A stretch of 64,000 nt of DNA, taken from contig JAZQTO010000001.1 in NCBI GenBank assembly GCA_045630805.1, positions 624 through 64,623 of the forward strand. The letters are read 5' to 3'. A model generated the notes under the pieces. The model was not told where the DNA came from. It did no database searches and worked only from the letters and a program-made list of their open reading frames with translations. Within the stretch, counting starts at the first letter, position 1; the number at the start of each line of letters is the position of its first letter. Made by a program: the position numbers and the translations under genes. Positions 8,901 to 16,969 of the stretch are shown here, one piece after another. This DNA comes from Paludibacteraceae bacterium. Its GTDB lineage: Bacteria > Bacteroidota > Bacteroidia > Bacteroidales > Paludibacteraceae.

Positions 8901-10846
8901 GTGGTACTGTAAGCGGTACGTTGCCATCATTCGTCACCAGTACTTACACCCTCCCCACCCCTACGCGCGAAGGATATATATTCGCAGGATGGTATGATAA
9001 TCCTAACTTTACAGGCACAGCGCTTACTTCTATTCCTGCGGGATGGGAAGGTACTTTGTACGCCAAATGGACTGCCGAGGAGAATACTGATGATATCAAG
9101 TGGGAACTAAATGGCGGTAGTTACAAAAATGGAACGCTACCAACCTCTGTTTCGAAACGATACACCTTGCCTAAATCATGGGAGCTGAATCCTCCATACA
9201 ATGGTTGTTCGTTTGAAGGTTGGTATGACAATGCTGAGTTTAGTGGTAGCAGTTTGACCCGTATTAATGCGAATTGGAAAGGCACTCTGTATGCTAAATG
9301 GGATTGCTCGGATAGTGATGCAGAAGTGATTTTCTGGTATTTGAATGGAGGAAAAGTTGAAGTGGGTTCTGTGACTATTCCATCGCAAGAGACACTATGG
9401 GAGAATTTCAAATCGGATTATAATAAATATTTCGGAACTAATCTGGATGCCACATTGTCAGGCGCAAGCAATTTCCTATACTCTGGTAGTTACTATTGGA
9501 AAAAGGAAGTAGGTACACTGATGACTGATGCTGATGCCGGTTGGAAATGGTTAGGCGACTATATTATCACTTTGGCTGGTGCTCCGGCTAACAATGACCT
9601 ATGGTGGCGTACACAATTGCACGCATTCTTCAACGCATTGTCTAAATACACATTAGGTGATTATACAGCAGCCAACTATGCTACCGCCGGTCAACCATCC
9701 GCATGGGGACCAGCATATAGTGCAGCACAACCTGTGGAACTGCCTAAGTATGTGGTAGAGACCTATATATTACCTACGCCCGTGCGCGAGGGATACACTT
9801 TCCGCGGATGGTTTGATAACGCCAACTTTGAGGGCTATGTACTGACTTCTATCCCTGCAGGTTGGGAAGGGTCATTATATGCAAAATGGAGTCAAAATGC
9901 ACCTGAGACAGTCATCTTCTGGGTACTTAATGGAGGTTATACTAGAACCACCTTACCAACCTATGTAACAGAGACCTACGTCTTGCCACCGCTTGTTCGA
10001 GATGGCTACATCTTTGCAGGATGGTATGATAATCCAGAGTTTACTGGTAGTCCTATCACAGAGATCCCTGCAGGTTGGGAAGGTACCCTATATGCTAAAT
10101 GGGAAGCAGGATCTAACGAACCAGAGACCACTGCCATCCAATGGGAACTCAATGGTGGACAAGAAAACCCATACAACTGGTCTAGCAAACAAGATATGTG
10201 GCTCAGTTTCCAAGATGACTACCGTGAGTTCTATGGCGTAGAGATCCGCAATTATGCAATAGATAGTTGCGCTAAATGGACATACGATGCATCGGGGGAT
10301 GGTAAGGCTATTACCGAGATGTTGACCTATGAAGAAAAATGGATTTGGCTACGCGAGTATATGGAGAAGGTGGCATATAATGCTAACTTCAACAATGGTC
10401 AGTTGGGTACAGCGGTATTATTGCGCTTTAGCTTGCATGCGTTCTTGAACAACTCACCTGCTAATGATAACACCTATAGCGGTAACCCAGACTACACCTT
10501 GAATGGACAACTTAGTTATTGGTATCTAGATTGGGGCTATACATGGAAAGGTCATTTGCCAACGACATTGACCTCGACATATGTCTTACCTAAACCATAT
10601 AAGGAGGGGCGTGAGTTCTTGGGATGGACCACAGATGCCCAAAGTAGAAATTATATCAATGAATTGCCTGCGGGCTTTATCGGTACGGTGTATGCTATCT
10701 GGGATGTAATGGACGATGTGACTACCTCTGTGGATGTAGTGGGTGCTGCACAACAAGGTCAGATGTATGACCTTTTGGGTCGCCCAGTTGATGAAAACTA
10801 CAAGGGTGTGGTGGTTATTAAGGGCCAAAAATACATGCTAAAATAA
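5909..10846 (+). CDS. Giant secreted multidomain protein: N-terminal GHL10/YngK-like glycoside-hydrolase-like domain, 8 Listeria-Bacteroides (Flg_new) repeats, 4 copies of an unassigned ~120-aa module, and a possible T9SS C-terminal tail
   Basis: Signal peptide MKKTFLLLSLLFSVAVSSLYA. EFRATWLATVFSIDWP matches the GHL10 N-terminus. Eight repeats of YTLPTPTR.GY.F.GWYDN..FTG..L..IPAGWEGTLYAKW. The C-terminal ...MYDLLGRPV...GVVVIKGQKYMLK resembles the distal strands of a T9SS sorting domain. Confidence 0.85.
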   Translation: MKKTFLLLSLLFSVAVSSLYAASPKDEFRATWLATVFSIDWPKTSATTTANRTAQQKELTDIFDKMKAGNMNAVCLQVRGRSDAFYKSSYEPWAAELAGSRGKDPGYDPLAFAIEEAHKRGMELHVWVNPFRVTSSGTISTSDKVWQNAGQWIIKYNNGTFTGQIIDPGYPEAREYVLDVLMEIVENYDVDGILMDDYFYPYGGTTTEDAKSKSLHKPSSGLIDQDKDGSTDDDWRRSNVDDMMKKLYDRIQATKPWVRFGMGTFGIWTMKSAVASAYGISLPSGITGLDDYEEQACNPVEWVKGGYVDYINPQLYWPTTSTGQSYEKLVKWWGQDVCQHFSDLLPGKQKVHFFSSQSCSSNTASSEIIKQIDLNRKYLSSGYTGSVFYNTTAYLKMYSALTSRFDYKALPPAMDWKSTVALGAPENLTLSGTTLMWSHPSATRFTVYVYPKTTTLETAKTNPAYLKGIVYGNSYSVSGIDLNSYNVAVYSYDRFGVEHAAAVYGEGSTDPGTNPNPDTGKITWELNGGEVKTVTVTVPSISDLEMQFKNDYNTYFGTSLDVSRDLTGFLYAGCPTNGGSNLVYNMMNASNYDWAWLRDYIIEKSASNTTIQAALQSGTDAYWRYSLVAFFSASAGTNSEYTVDFSIAGQSSVWGPVYQTAHGAVSLPTYVTSTYTLPTPTHPQGYTFLGWYDNPEFTGSPLTTIPAGWTGTLYARWDTGSTDPVDPTKEVIFWELNGGHVPAEVPSNLELWEAFKPYYKSYYNIERSDMPIEKVATFANEKMQDIMTNSASEYKWLGDYILTIAPGISGESAWRWHVHAFFNCNDGTVSGNQLVATANFSVAGQPSEWGNAYQKVHTAELPKYVTTTYILPNALKEGFTFEGWYDNAGFTGSVLSSIPAGWEGTLYAKWAEASTEHPQVIFWFLNGGTVNVELPKYVTEDYTLPIPTRAGYVFEGWYSNSNFTSSEITLITAGWEGSLYAKWTEETPEEVIYWVLNGGTVSGTLPSFVTSTYTLPTPTREGYIFAGWYDNPNFTGTALTSIPAGWEGTLYAKWTAEENTDDIKWELNGGSYKNGTLPTSVSKRYTLPKSWELNPPYNGCSFEGWYDNAEFSGSSLTRINANWKGTLYAKWDCSDSDAEVIFWYLNGGKVEVGSVTIPSQETLWENFKSDYNKYFGTNLDATLSGASNFLYSGSYYWKKEVGTLMTDADAGWKWLGDYIITLAGAPANNDLWWRTQLHAFFNALSKYTLGDYTAANYATAGQPSAWGPAYSAAQPVELPKYVVETYILPTPVREGYTFRGWFDNANFEGYVLTSIPAGWEGSLYAKWSQNAPETVIFWVLNGGYTRTTLPTYVTETYVLPPLVRDGYIFAGWYDNPEFTGSPITEIPAGWEGTLYAKWEAGSNEPETTAIQWELNGGQENPYNWSSKQDMWLSFQDDYREFYGVEIRNYAIDSCAKWTYDASGDGKAITEMLTYEEKWIWLREYMEKVAYNANFNNGQLGTAVLLRFSLHAFLNNSPANDNTYSGNPDYTLNGQLSYWYLDWGYTWKGHLPTTLTSTYVLPKPYKEGREFLGWTTDAQSRNYINELPAGFIGTVYAIWDVMDDVTTSVDVVGAAQQGQMYDLLGRPVDENYKGVVVIKGQKYMLK

Positions 10847-10886
10847 GAAAAATCAATAAAAATTTGGTCAATCCAAAAAAAAGCAG

Positions 10887-10894
10887 TAACTTTG
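10887..10894 (+). promoter_or_regulatory. Bacteroidota -7 promoter box (TAACTTTG) for the rpsF-rpsR-rplI operon
   Basis: 'gcagtaactttgcacg' lies ~100 nt upstream of rpsF. Confidence 0.45.
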
Positions 10895-10994
10895 CACGCT
10901 TTTTCGGCGCTTTGGTTATAGCCTATTGCCAATAGCCTATCGCCAAAAAGAGAAATTAACTATTAATTATTAACTATTAACTGATTAAAACATT

Positions 10995-11351
10995 ATGTTA
11001 AATCATTACGAAGCCGCTTTCGTGTTGACTCCCGTTTTGTCTGAACCACAGATGAAGGAAGCGGTAGAAAAATTCGAGAAACTTCTCGTGGAGAATGGCG
11101 GTACCATTCTTAACCGTGAGGAGTGGGGTTTGAAGAAATTGGCTTACCCTATCCAAGGCAAAACTACGGGATTCTACGCCTTGTTGCAATTTGATGTAGA
11201 ACCTGAGGTTATTGCAAAGCTCGAGACAGCTTTTCGTCGTGATGAGCGCGTATTGCGTTTCCTCACTACCCGTCTTGACAAGTACGCATTTGAGTATGCT
11301 CAAAAGCGTCGTAACGCAAATGTTAAACCAGTAGAACAAGAGGAGGCTTAA
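10995..11351 (+). CDS. rpsF: 30S ribosomal protein S6
   Basis: [16 protein letters not shown]... is the canonical S6 N-terminus. The S6-S18-L9 gene order is conserved. Confidence 0.95.
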   Translation: MLNHYEAAFVLTPVLSEPQMKEAVEKFEKLLVENGGTILNREEWGLKKLAYPIQGKTTGFYALLQFDVEPEVIAKLETAFRRDERVLRFLTTRLDKYAFEYAQKRRNANVKPVEQEEA

Positions 11352-11353
11352 TC

Positions 11354-11620
11354 ATGGCACAAAATGACGAAATCCGCTATTTGACCCCAAAAACAAACGA
11401 GGCAAAGAAGAAAAAGTACTGCCGTTTCAAAAAGAGCGGTATCAAGTACATTGACTACAAAGATCCTGAGTTCTTGAAGAAGTTCTTGAATGAGCAAGGT
11501 AAGATCCTTCCACGTCGTATCACTGGTACAAGCTTGAAGTATCAACGTAAAGTGGCTCAAGCTGTTAAGAAAGCACGCCACTTGGCTCTTCTTCCATACG
11601 TAACCGATATGATGAAATAA
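11354..11620 (+). CDS. rpsR: 30S ribosomal protein S18
   Basis: 88 aa. KKYCRF...IDYKD...L.KF....[10 protein letters not shown] is the S18 signature. Confidence 0.95.
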   Translation: MAQNDEIRYLTPKTNEAKKKKYCRFKKSGIKYIDYKDPEFLKKFLNEQGKILPRRITGTSLKYQRKVAQAVKKARHLALLPYVTDMMK

Positions 11621-11657
11621 TTTGAGTCATTAACTATTTAATCAGAAAGGAAACATC

Positions 11658-12101
11658 ATGGAAGTAATTTTGATTCAAGACGTAGCTAACTTGGGCTACA
11701 AGAACGATATCGTTAAGGTTAAAGACGGTTATGGCCGCAACTACTTGATCCCAAGTCGTTTGGCTGTTATCGCTAACGAGAGCAACCGTAAGCAATTGGC
11801 TGAGAACCTCAAACAACAAGCTCACAAGATGGCTAAATTGTTGGCTGACGCTCAAGCATTGGCTGAGAAATTGGCTAACACTGTGGTTACAGTATCTGCT
11901 AAGGCTAATGAGGATGGCAAAATCTTCGGTACTGTCACTACTGCTCAAGTATCTGAGGCACTTGCTGCTCTTGGTATTGAGGTTGATAAGAAGATTATCA
12001 CTATTGACGAGGCTGTGAAGACTCTTGGCGAGGCTACTGCTACTGCTAAACTTCACCGCGAGGTTAAAGCTGAAATTAAGTTGAACGTTGTTGCTGAATA
12101 A
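11658..12101 (+). CDS. rplI: 50S ribosomal protein L9
   Basis: MEVILIQDVANLGYKNDIVKVKDGYGRNYLIP is the canonical L9 N-domain. Confidence 0.95.
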   Translation: MEVILIQDVANLGYKNDIVKVKDGYGRNYLIPSRLAVIANESNRKQLAENLKQQAHKMAKLLADAQALAEKLANTVVTVSAKANEDGKIFGTVTTAQVSEALAALGIEVDKKIITIDEAVKTLGEATATAKLHREVKAEIKLNVVAE

Positions 12102-12125
12102 GCGCTAAAGAAAGGAAACAATAGT

Positions 12126-12377
12126 ATGAAAAAAGGAATTCATCCAGAGAGCTACCGCGTTGTAGTTTTCAAAGATATGTCTGATGGTACTCAATTCTTC
12201 AGTCGCTCTACAGCTAACACGAAGGACACCATCGAGATCGACGGCACTACTTATCCACTCATCAAGTTGGAGATTTCTAACACCAGTCACCCATTCTATA
12301 CTGGTAAATCTAAACTTGTGGATACCGCAGGTCGTGTTGATAAGTTTATGTCTCGCTACGGCAACCGCCGCAAGTAA
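12126..12377 (+). CDS. rpmE: 50S ribosomal protein L31 (type B, non-zinc form)
   Basis: MKKGIHPE...HPFYTGK; the CxxC zinc motif is absent. Confidence 0.9.
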   Translation: MKKGIHPESYRVVVFKDMSDGTQFFSRSTANTKDTIEIDGTTYPLIKLEISNTSHPFYTGKSKLVDTAGRVDKFMSRYGNRRK

Positions 12378-12390
12378 TCATACAACAGCG

Positions 12391-12417
12391 AAAGGCGAGC
12401 TTCGGCTCGCCTTTTTT
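12391..12417 (+). terminator. Rho-independent terminator after rpmE
   Basis: Hairpin aaaggcgagc-ttcg-gctcgccttt followed by a T-run. Confidence 0.85.
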
Positions 12418-12463
12418 ATCTCTTATGCTTTACACCATACACTCTACACCTTACACTAAACAC

Positions 12464-13225
12464 ATGAAAAAGACCCTTTGGCAAGAGTTTGCCCGCAACA
12501 CATTGATTTCCCTTGGCATCTACGCTGCCTTATTCCTTATATTATATATACTAGAGTGGTTTGTGCCTTCGCTCCGTGGCACCTTGTTGCAATGGCATGA
12601 TTTGGCATTCATTGTAGGTATTCCTGCCAGTGTAGCGGGTACAGCATATGTGCTAACCATTCAAAATCCCAAAAACTATACTGGCTTCGTGGGTGCGATC
12701 ACAATGGCTGCGCTCTTGGCATGGCAGTTTGCATTGTGGGGAAATTGGGATTTGGTGGTATTGCATTTTGCTTTGTTTATACCTTTTCAAACGACCTCGC
12801 TGCTCCGTTGGAGAAAACAAGCTTTGGAGAGCAAGGAGCAAGGAACTAGGAACCAAGATATATTGCCCTCGTGGCTCAATGCCAAGGGCGTGGTTTTCAA
12901 TATTGTATTTACCATTGTCATCGTATTGCTAGATGTGATCTTCGTGAGTTGGATGGCGGGCAATGACTTCGCAGATAATCTACTCAGCAAAGTTATGGGT
13001 GGCTTAATGATTGCTGCATCTATTCTGGCAAATTTCTGGATGATTCACAAGAAGATAGATACATGGATTTGGTGGATAGTCTATACCTTGGCTGGAATGG
13101 TGATTTATGTCTTAACTAGCAATATCTTCACGTTTGTATTGTTCCTTATTACGTTGGTACTCAATATAAAAGCTGCAATTGAGTGGATTAAAGTTGTGCA
13201 AGCCAATAAAGGTGCTGTTTGTTAA
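12464..13225 (+). CDS. pnuC: PnuC-family nicotinamide riboside (or related vitamin) transporter
   Basis: ~250-aa protein with 7-8 TM helices and Trp-rich helices (WQFALWGNWD, TWIWWIVY) as in PnuC. I prefer the ATG at 12464 (MKKTLWQEF). Confidence 0.6.
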   Translation: MKKTLWQEFARNTLISLGIYAALFLILYILEWFVPSLRGTLLQWHDLAFIVGIPASVAGTAYVLTIQNPKNYTGFVGAITMAALLAWQFALWGNWDLVVLHFALFIPFQTTSLLRWRKQALESKEQGTRNQDILPSWLNAKGVVFNIVFTIVIVLLDVIFVSWMAGNDFADNLLSKVMGGLMIAASILANFWMIHKKIDTWIWWIVYTLAGMVIYVLTSNIFTFVLFLITLVLNIKAAIEWIKVVQANKGAVC

Positions 13226-13292
13226 ATTGCTGAAGAAATTCAAAAGACAGAAAAAAAATAATTCAGTTTCACAAACTTTTCGTATTACTTTT

Positions 13293-13327
13293 GCCATTTA
13301 TGCAAAATTCGCATAAATGGCTTTTTC
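13293..13327 (+). terminator. Rho-independent terminator after pnuC
   Basis: Hairpin gccatttatgc-aaaattc-gcataaatggc followed by ttttt. Confidence 0.8.
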
Positions 13328-13442
13328 TTCTCTCTAAACACTAAACAGTAGCGCAGCGTCCACTAAACAAGACTTACCCTTAAAACTTTTAAAACTTCTA
13401 AAACTTTTTTACTCAAAATTTGCACATCCGCAAATTTTGTTG

Positions 13443-13450
13443 TATCTTTG
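13443..13450 (+). promoter_or_regulatory. Bacteroidota -7 promoter box (TATCTTTG) upstream of the CXXX-peptide operon, or of a leader or small RNA
   Basis: 'tgtatctttgcaccc' lies ~410 nt upstream of the precursor ATG. A structured region follows directly. Confidence 0.5.
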
Positions 13451-13500
13451 CACCCGCAATTCCACGCCGGGGATGTCTGCACGTCATCGGCTGGGGTAGC

Positions 13501-13522
13501 AGACATATTTAAAAGGCGTTTA
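13501..13522 (+). repeat. 22-nt direct repeat (agacatatttaaaaRgcgttta), left copy
   Basis: Matches 17901-17922 at 21 of 22 positions. The two copies are exactly 4400 bp apart and bracket the precursor-to-tatC cluster. Confidence 0.7.
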
Positions 13523-13863
13523 TTAGCGCTTTGTTCTGATGCTCTGAAATCTCGCAAATTTCAATCATCTTCGGAACTTAGCAACGATAGATGTCCTACG
13601 GGATATAGATTATCCCTCTTGTGCCTATATTGGTACGCCATTTGCGTATATGTCATATGCGCACACGCGTACCTTAACTATGTAGCACGAGAGTATATTT
13701 ATATTCGGCGTGGGCTTCGCGTTGTCGTTTCAAGATGATGGGCAATGCGAGAGCCTTAGAGCATGGAACGGCAATAGTCGGACTCCACGCTTTTTTTATA
13801 TGCCTAACGATTAACAACAATCCGCATAGTTGGGAGTCCCTGTGCAACAAAAACTTAAGTTTT

Positions 13864-14151
13864 ATGTCTAACAAAAAACAAAACGAAGAACTCCAATCGC
13901 GTAGAGAGTTTTTCAAAAAAGCTGCGAAAGCTGCGCTCCCTGTAGTAGGTGCTGTAGTTCTTTCAAGTATTCCGTTCGTAAAAGCAGAAGCAGCACCAGC
14001 AGGTTGCACATTTTCTGCATGTTCAGGTACATGTACAGGTTCATGTTCGGGTTCATGTTTGTCAGGATGTTTAGGAGGATGTAGCGGCAATGCGTGCAGA
14101 GTGAATTGCACTTACTCTTGTTCTGGAGGATGTGAAAGAGGTAATTTTTAG
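13864..14151 (+). CDS. Tat-signal CXXX-repeat precursor peptide (95 aa)
   Basis: Leader MSNKKQNEELQSRREFFKKAAKAALPVVGAVVLSSIPFVKAEAA contains SRRxFFK, an h-region and AxA. Core: PAGCTFSACSGTCTGSCSGSCLSGCLGGCSGNACRVNCTYSCSGGCERGNF, with 11 Cys mostly at i, i+4. This is the in-frame internal start of ORF 13735..14151. Confidence 0.8.
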   Translation: MSNKKQNEELQSRREFFKKAAKAALPVVGAVVLSSIPFVKAEAAPAGCTFSACSGTCTGSCSGSCLSGCLGGCSGNACRVNCTYSCSGGCERGNF

Positions 14152-14162
14152 TTCTGCAAGAA

Positions 14163-14249
14163 AATAGTATAGGTTGGTTTATCTTATACTATTTAAATGC
14201 TTTCATAACAAGGGGATATGTCAATTTCTTGGCAAATTCCTCTTGTTAT
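14163..14249 (+). promoter_or_regulatory. Two stem-loops in the precursor-maturase spacer (possible attenuator or processing site)
   Basis: Hairpin 1: aatagtatagg/cttatactatt (14163-14193). Hairpin 2: ataacaagggga/tcctcttgttat (14205-14249). Each has one mismatch. Confidence 0.4.
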
Positions 14250-14263
14250 AAACAATTGTTATT

Positions 14264-15490
14264 ATGCTACAATTAAAAATACAAAATAAAGCATGGAAAG
14301 AAGGAATGGCAAAATCCATTACCTTCATTGTAACCAAAGATTGCCAATTAGCATGTAAATATTGCTACCTTGTAGGCAAGAACGAGAAAGAGCGTATGCC
14401 TTTTGAAGTCGCAAAAACCGCTATTGATTATGTGTTAGACAGAGAAAACGATCTAAATTTTGCCTATGAATCAGTCGTGTGGGATTTTATTGGAGGTGAA
14501 CCATTCTTAGAGATAGACCTTATTGATAAGATTTGCGACTATATCAAACAAGAACTTTTCCGTCGCAATCACCATTGGTTTAACTCCTATCGTTTTAATT
14601 TCTCGACCAATGGAATCAACTATGACAGCGAGAAAGTACAACGCTTCATACAGAAGAATAAATCGCATATAAATATAGGTATAACCATTGATGGTACACG
14701 TCGTAAGCATGACCTTAACCGTATATGGAAAGGCGAAGGTCCTGAACGTGGTTCATATGATGATGTTGTTCGTAATATTCCTCTATGGACGAAGCAATTT
14801 CCTAATAGTGGCACAAAAGTAACTATCTCATCTGCTGATATTCCATATATTTGTGAATCAGTTTTGCATTTGTACGAATTAGGTATAAAGGAAGTGAATA
14901 TTAATTGTGTTTTTGAAAATGTATGGAATGAAGGAGATGATTTCCTTTTTGAAGAGCAACTCATGCAATTGGCTGACGCAATCATAGATAAAGATCTCTA
15001 CAAAGATTATGCTTGCTCATTCTTTATGGAAAATATTGGTAAACCAATGGATTGTAAGTATCAAAATCAAAACTGGTGTGGAGCTGGTAAGATGCTATCT
15101 ATTGATGCCGCTGGTAATTTCTATCCTTGTACTCGCTTTGCGCAATATTCTTTGCGCGATAAAGAAGCATGGATTATCGGTAATATACACGATGGCATAG
15201 ACAACAATAAACTGCGTCCATTTCTTACGCTGGACCGTTGTACTCAATCCTTAACCGAGTGCGTAGATTGTGAAGTGGCTGATGGTTGCGCATGGTGTCA
15301 AGGTGAAAACTTTGATGCGGCAAAAACGCATACCGTATATGAACGTGCAACAGCTATTTGCAAAATGCACAAAGCGCGCGTGCGTGCCAATAATTATTAT
15401 TGGAACAAACTCTACCGCAAATTGGAATTAGAAGGTAAACGCGAAGAGTTTGAACAGAATAAGAAACAGTCAAACGATATCATCTGCTAA
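14264..15490 (+). CDS. Radical SAM/SPASM peptide maturase (CXXX-repeat-target type)
   Basis: The rSAM cluster motif is CQLACKYC (CxxxCxxC). C-terminal SPASM cysteines: CGAGKMLSIDAAGNFYPC ... CVDCEVADGCAWC ... C. Confidence 0.9.
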   Translation: MLQLKIQNKAWKEGMAKSITFIVTKDCQLACKYCYLVGKNEKERMPFEVAKTAIDYVLDRENDLNFAYESVVWDFIGGEPFLEIDLIDKICDYIKQELFRRNHHWFNSYRFNFSTNGINYDSEKVQRFIQKNKSHINIGITIDGTRRKHDLNRIWKGEGPERGSYDDVVRNIPLWTKQFPNSGTKVTISSADIPYICESVLHLYELGIKEVNINCVFENVWNEGDDFLFEEQLMQLADAIIDKDLYKDYACSFFMENIGKPMDCKYQNQNWCGAGKMLSIDAAGNFYPCTRFAQYSLRDKEAWIIGNIHDGIDNNKLRPFLTLDRCTQSLTECVDCEVADGCAWCQGENFDAAKTHTVYERATAICKMHKARVRANNYYWNKLYRKLELEGKREEFEQNKKQSNDIIC

Positions 15491-15493
15491 GCC

Positions 15494-16447
15494 ATGAAAC
15501 CATATATGCAATATTTGGTTATCCTATTGGATGACACTAGCGTGGCTTACTGCCATGCCAATAATCCGCTCATAGAGCGAAACTTGATGCCTTTAGAAAC
15601 ATTGCGTAAAGCTATCCTCTTTGGCATGAAACAAAACTTGATGATTCAGTTTGTATATCCCAACTACGAACTCCCTTCGGAATACAACGAACTCATTGAG
15701 ACGATTGACCATGTGAAGATTGGAAGAGATGTGCAAGTGCTTGATTATGTGCCAACCACTTCGGATACCGACAATCTCGTATTGCGCTTGACTATTGCCG
15801 AATTTATCGCGAAGCAATACAACATTGCAGTTCTCTTGCCACAAACTACGCGCCTTAATATTTGCTTGACGGATATTGAATCATTTACTGATGAACAGAT
15901 TGAGGATTACAAAAAAGCATTGGCAACGCTCAATGCCGTTTTGCTCAATCTCTATAAGCAGGCAAAGAATCCACAACTCAATATCCTTACTGACCGTTTG
16001 CAACTCACCGAAATGCACAACTGCGAAGCAGGTGTTGGCAATATTACACTTGCGCCTAATGGCAAGTTCTATCTTTGCCCTGCGTTCTATTACGATGAGC
16101 AAATGGGTATTAGCAATCGCATGAATCATAAAACCAAAGATGCTTCGCGTAGTGTAGGAGATTTAGAGAGAGGGATTGACATTCCAAACAAACAACTCTT
16201 GCAACTTGACCATGCGCCACTTTGTCGTATTTGTGATGCATACCATTGCAATCGCTGTATTTGGCTTAATCAGAAACTTACTTGGGACAGCAATACCCCA
16301 TCACGCCAACAATGTATCATTTCGCACCTTGAGCGTAATGCTGCACGTGACTTGCAATTACAATTAAAAGAGGCGGGGTATCAAGTCACCAACGAGATAA
16401 AAGAAATCACATATTTAGATCCATTTGAAGTAAAGGAGGAATTTTAA
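15494..16447 (+). CDS. SPASM-domain protein lacking the radical-SAM CxxxCxxC (degenerate maturase paralogue)
   Basis: In the N-terminus LLDDTSVAYCHAN only one Cys of the triad remains. SPASM-like cysteines are retained: CEAGVGNITLAPNGKFYLCP ... CRICDAYHCNRCIW ... C. Confidence 0.8.
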   Translation: MKPYMQYLVILLDDTSVAYCHANNPLIERNLMPLETLRKAILFGMKQNLMIQFVYPNYELPSEYNELIETIDHVKIGRDVQVLDYVPTTSDTDNLVLRLTIAEFIAKQYNIAVLLPQTTRLNICLTDIESFTDEQIEDYKKALATLNAVLLNLYKQAKNPQLNILTDRLQLTEMHNCEAGVGNITLAPNGKFYLCPAFYYDEQMGISNRMNHKTKDASRSVGDLERGIDIPNKQLLQLDHAPLCRICDAYHCNRCIWLNQKLTWDSNTPSRQQCIISHLERNAARDLQLQLKEAGYQVTNEIKEITYLDPFEVKEEF

Positions 16448-16448
16448 C

Positions 16449-16742
16449 ATGAAAAAACTTGTAGGACAGGTAACTGTCGAAGAAAAGAACACCATTCAAA
16501 CGCTGTTTGAGCGTCGTAACGGATTGACCGAGTTAGCAAAAATTCTTACTGCGGACAATGTAGAATTATATGAAAAGCTCGTAAAAGACATGGGCGAAAC
16601 AGGCAGCAAGTTCCAACAATGGTGGGACGATATGGCTAAAAAATACAATTGGGAATCTTGCGAAGGCGGAAATTGGGAAATCAATTTTGACACTTGTGAG
16701 ATATACCTCAATTGTAACAATGAGTGCAACTGCAATAAATAA
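16449..16742 (+). CDS. Small (97-aa) acidic, Trp-rich protein of the CXXX-peptide system
   Basis: Starts 1 nt after the preceding stop codon. I recognise no domain. C-terminal sequence is CNNECNCNK. Confidence 0.65.
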   Translation: MKKLVGQVTVEEKNTIQTLFERRNGLTELAKILTADNVELYEKLVKDMGETGSKFQQWWDDMAKKYNWESCEGGNWEINFDTCEIYLNCNNECNCNK

Positions 16743-16750
16743 CAATAACT

Positions 16751-16969
16751 ATGACACTACTAATGATTGGTGCACCTGAGATTATTTTTATAGTCATCAT
16801 CGTGCTATTGCTTTTCGGAGGCAAGAAAATTCCTGAACTAATGAAAGGAATGGGTAAAGGCGTTAAGATGTTCAAACAAGGTATGAACGAGATAGAAGAA
16901 GAGGTTAAACGCCCATCAGACGAACCACAACCTTCTACCGAAGAAGCGCCAAAGAAAGATGGAGAATAA
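16751..16969 (+). CDS. tatA: Twin-arginine translocase subunit TatA/E
   Basis: One N-terminal TM helix followed by [23 protein letters not shown], the TatA hinge and amphipathic-helix signature. Confidence 0.9.
   Translation: MTLLMIGAPEIIFIVIIVLLLFGGKKIPELMKGMGKGVKMFKQGMNEIEEEVKRPSDEPQPSTEEAPKKDGE

Noticed and set aside
13461-13508. Resemblance of ccggggatgtctgc...acgtcatcggctgg to SRP (4.5S) RNA or to the fluoride-riboswitch GGNGAUG core
   Set aside because: The conserved SRP domain IV (GGAA tetraloop and AGCA symmetric loop) and the fluoride CUGAUG...CCUAC blocks are both absent. Only short chance-level matches exist.
13674-14111. 145-aa minus-strand ORF with a His/Pro/Glu-rich tract (HPPKHPDKHEPEHEPVHVPEH)
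   Set aside because: It is the antisense reading of the Cys/Gly/Ser repeat of the precursor gene. The plus-strand reading has a coherent Tat signal and operon context.
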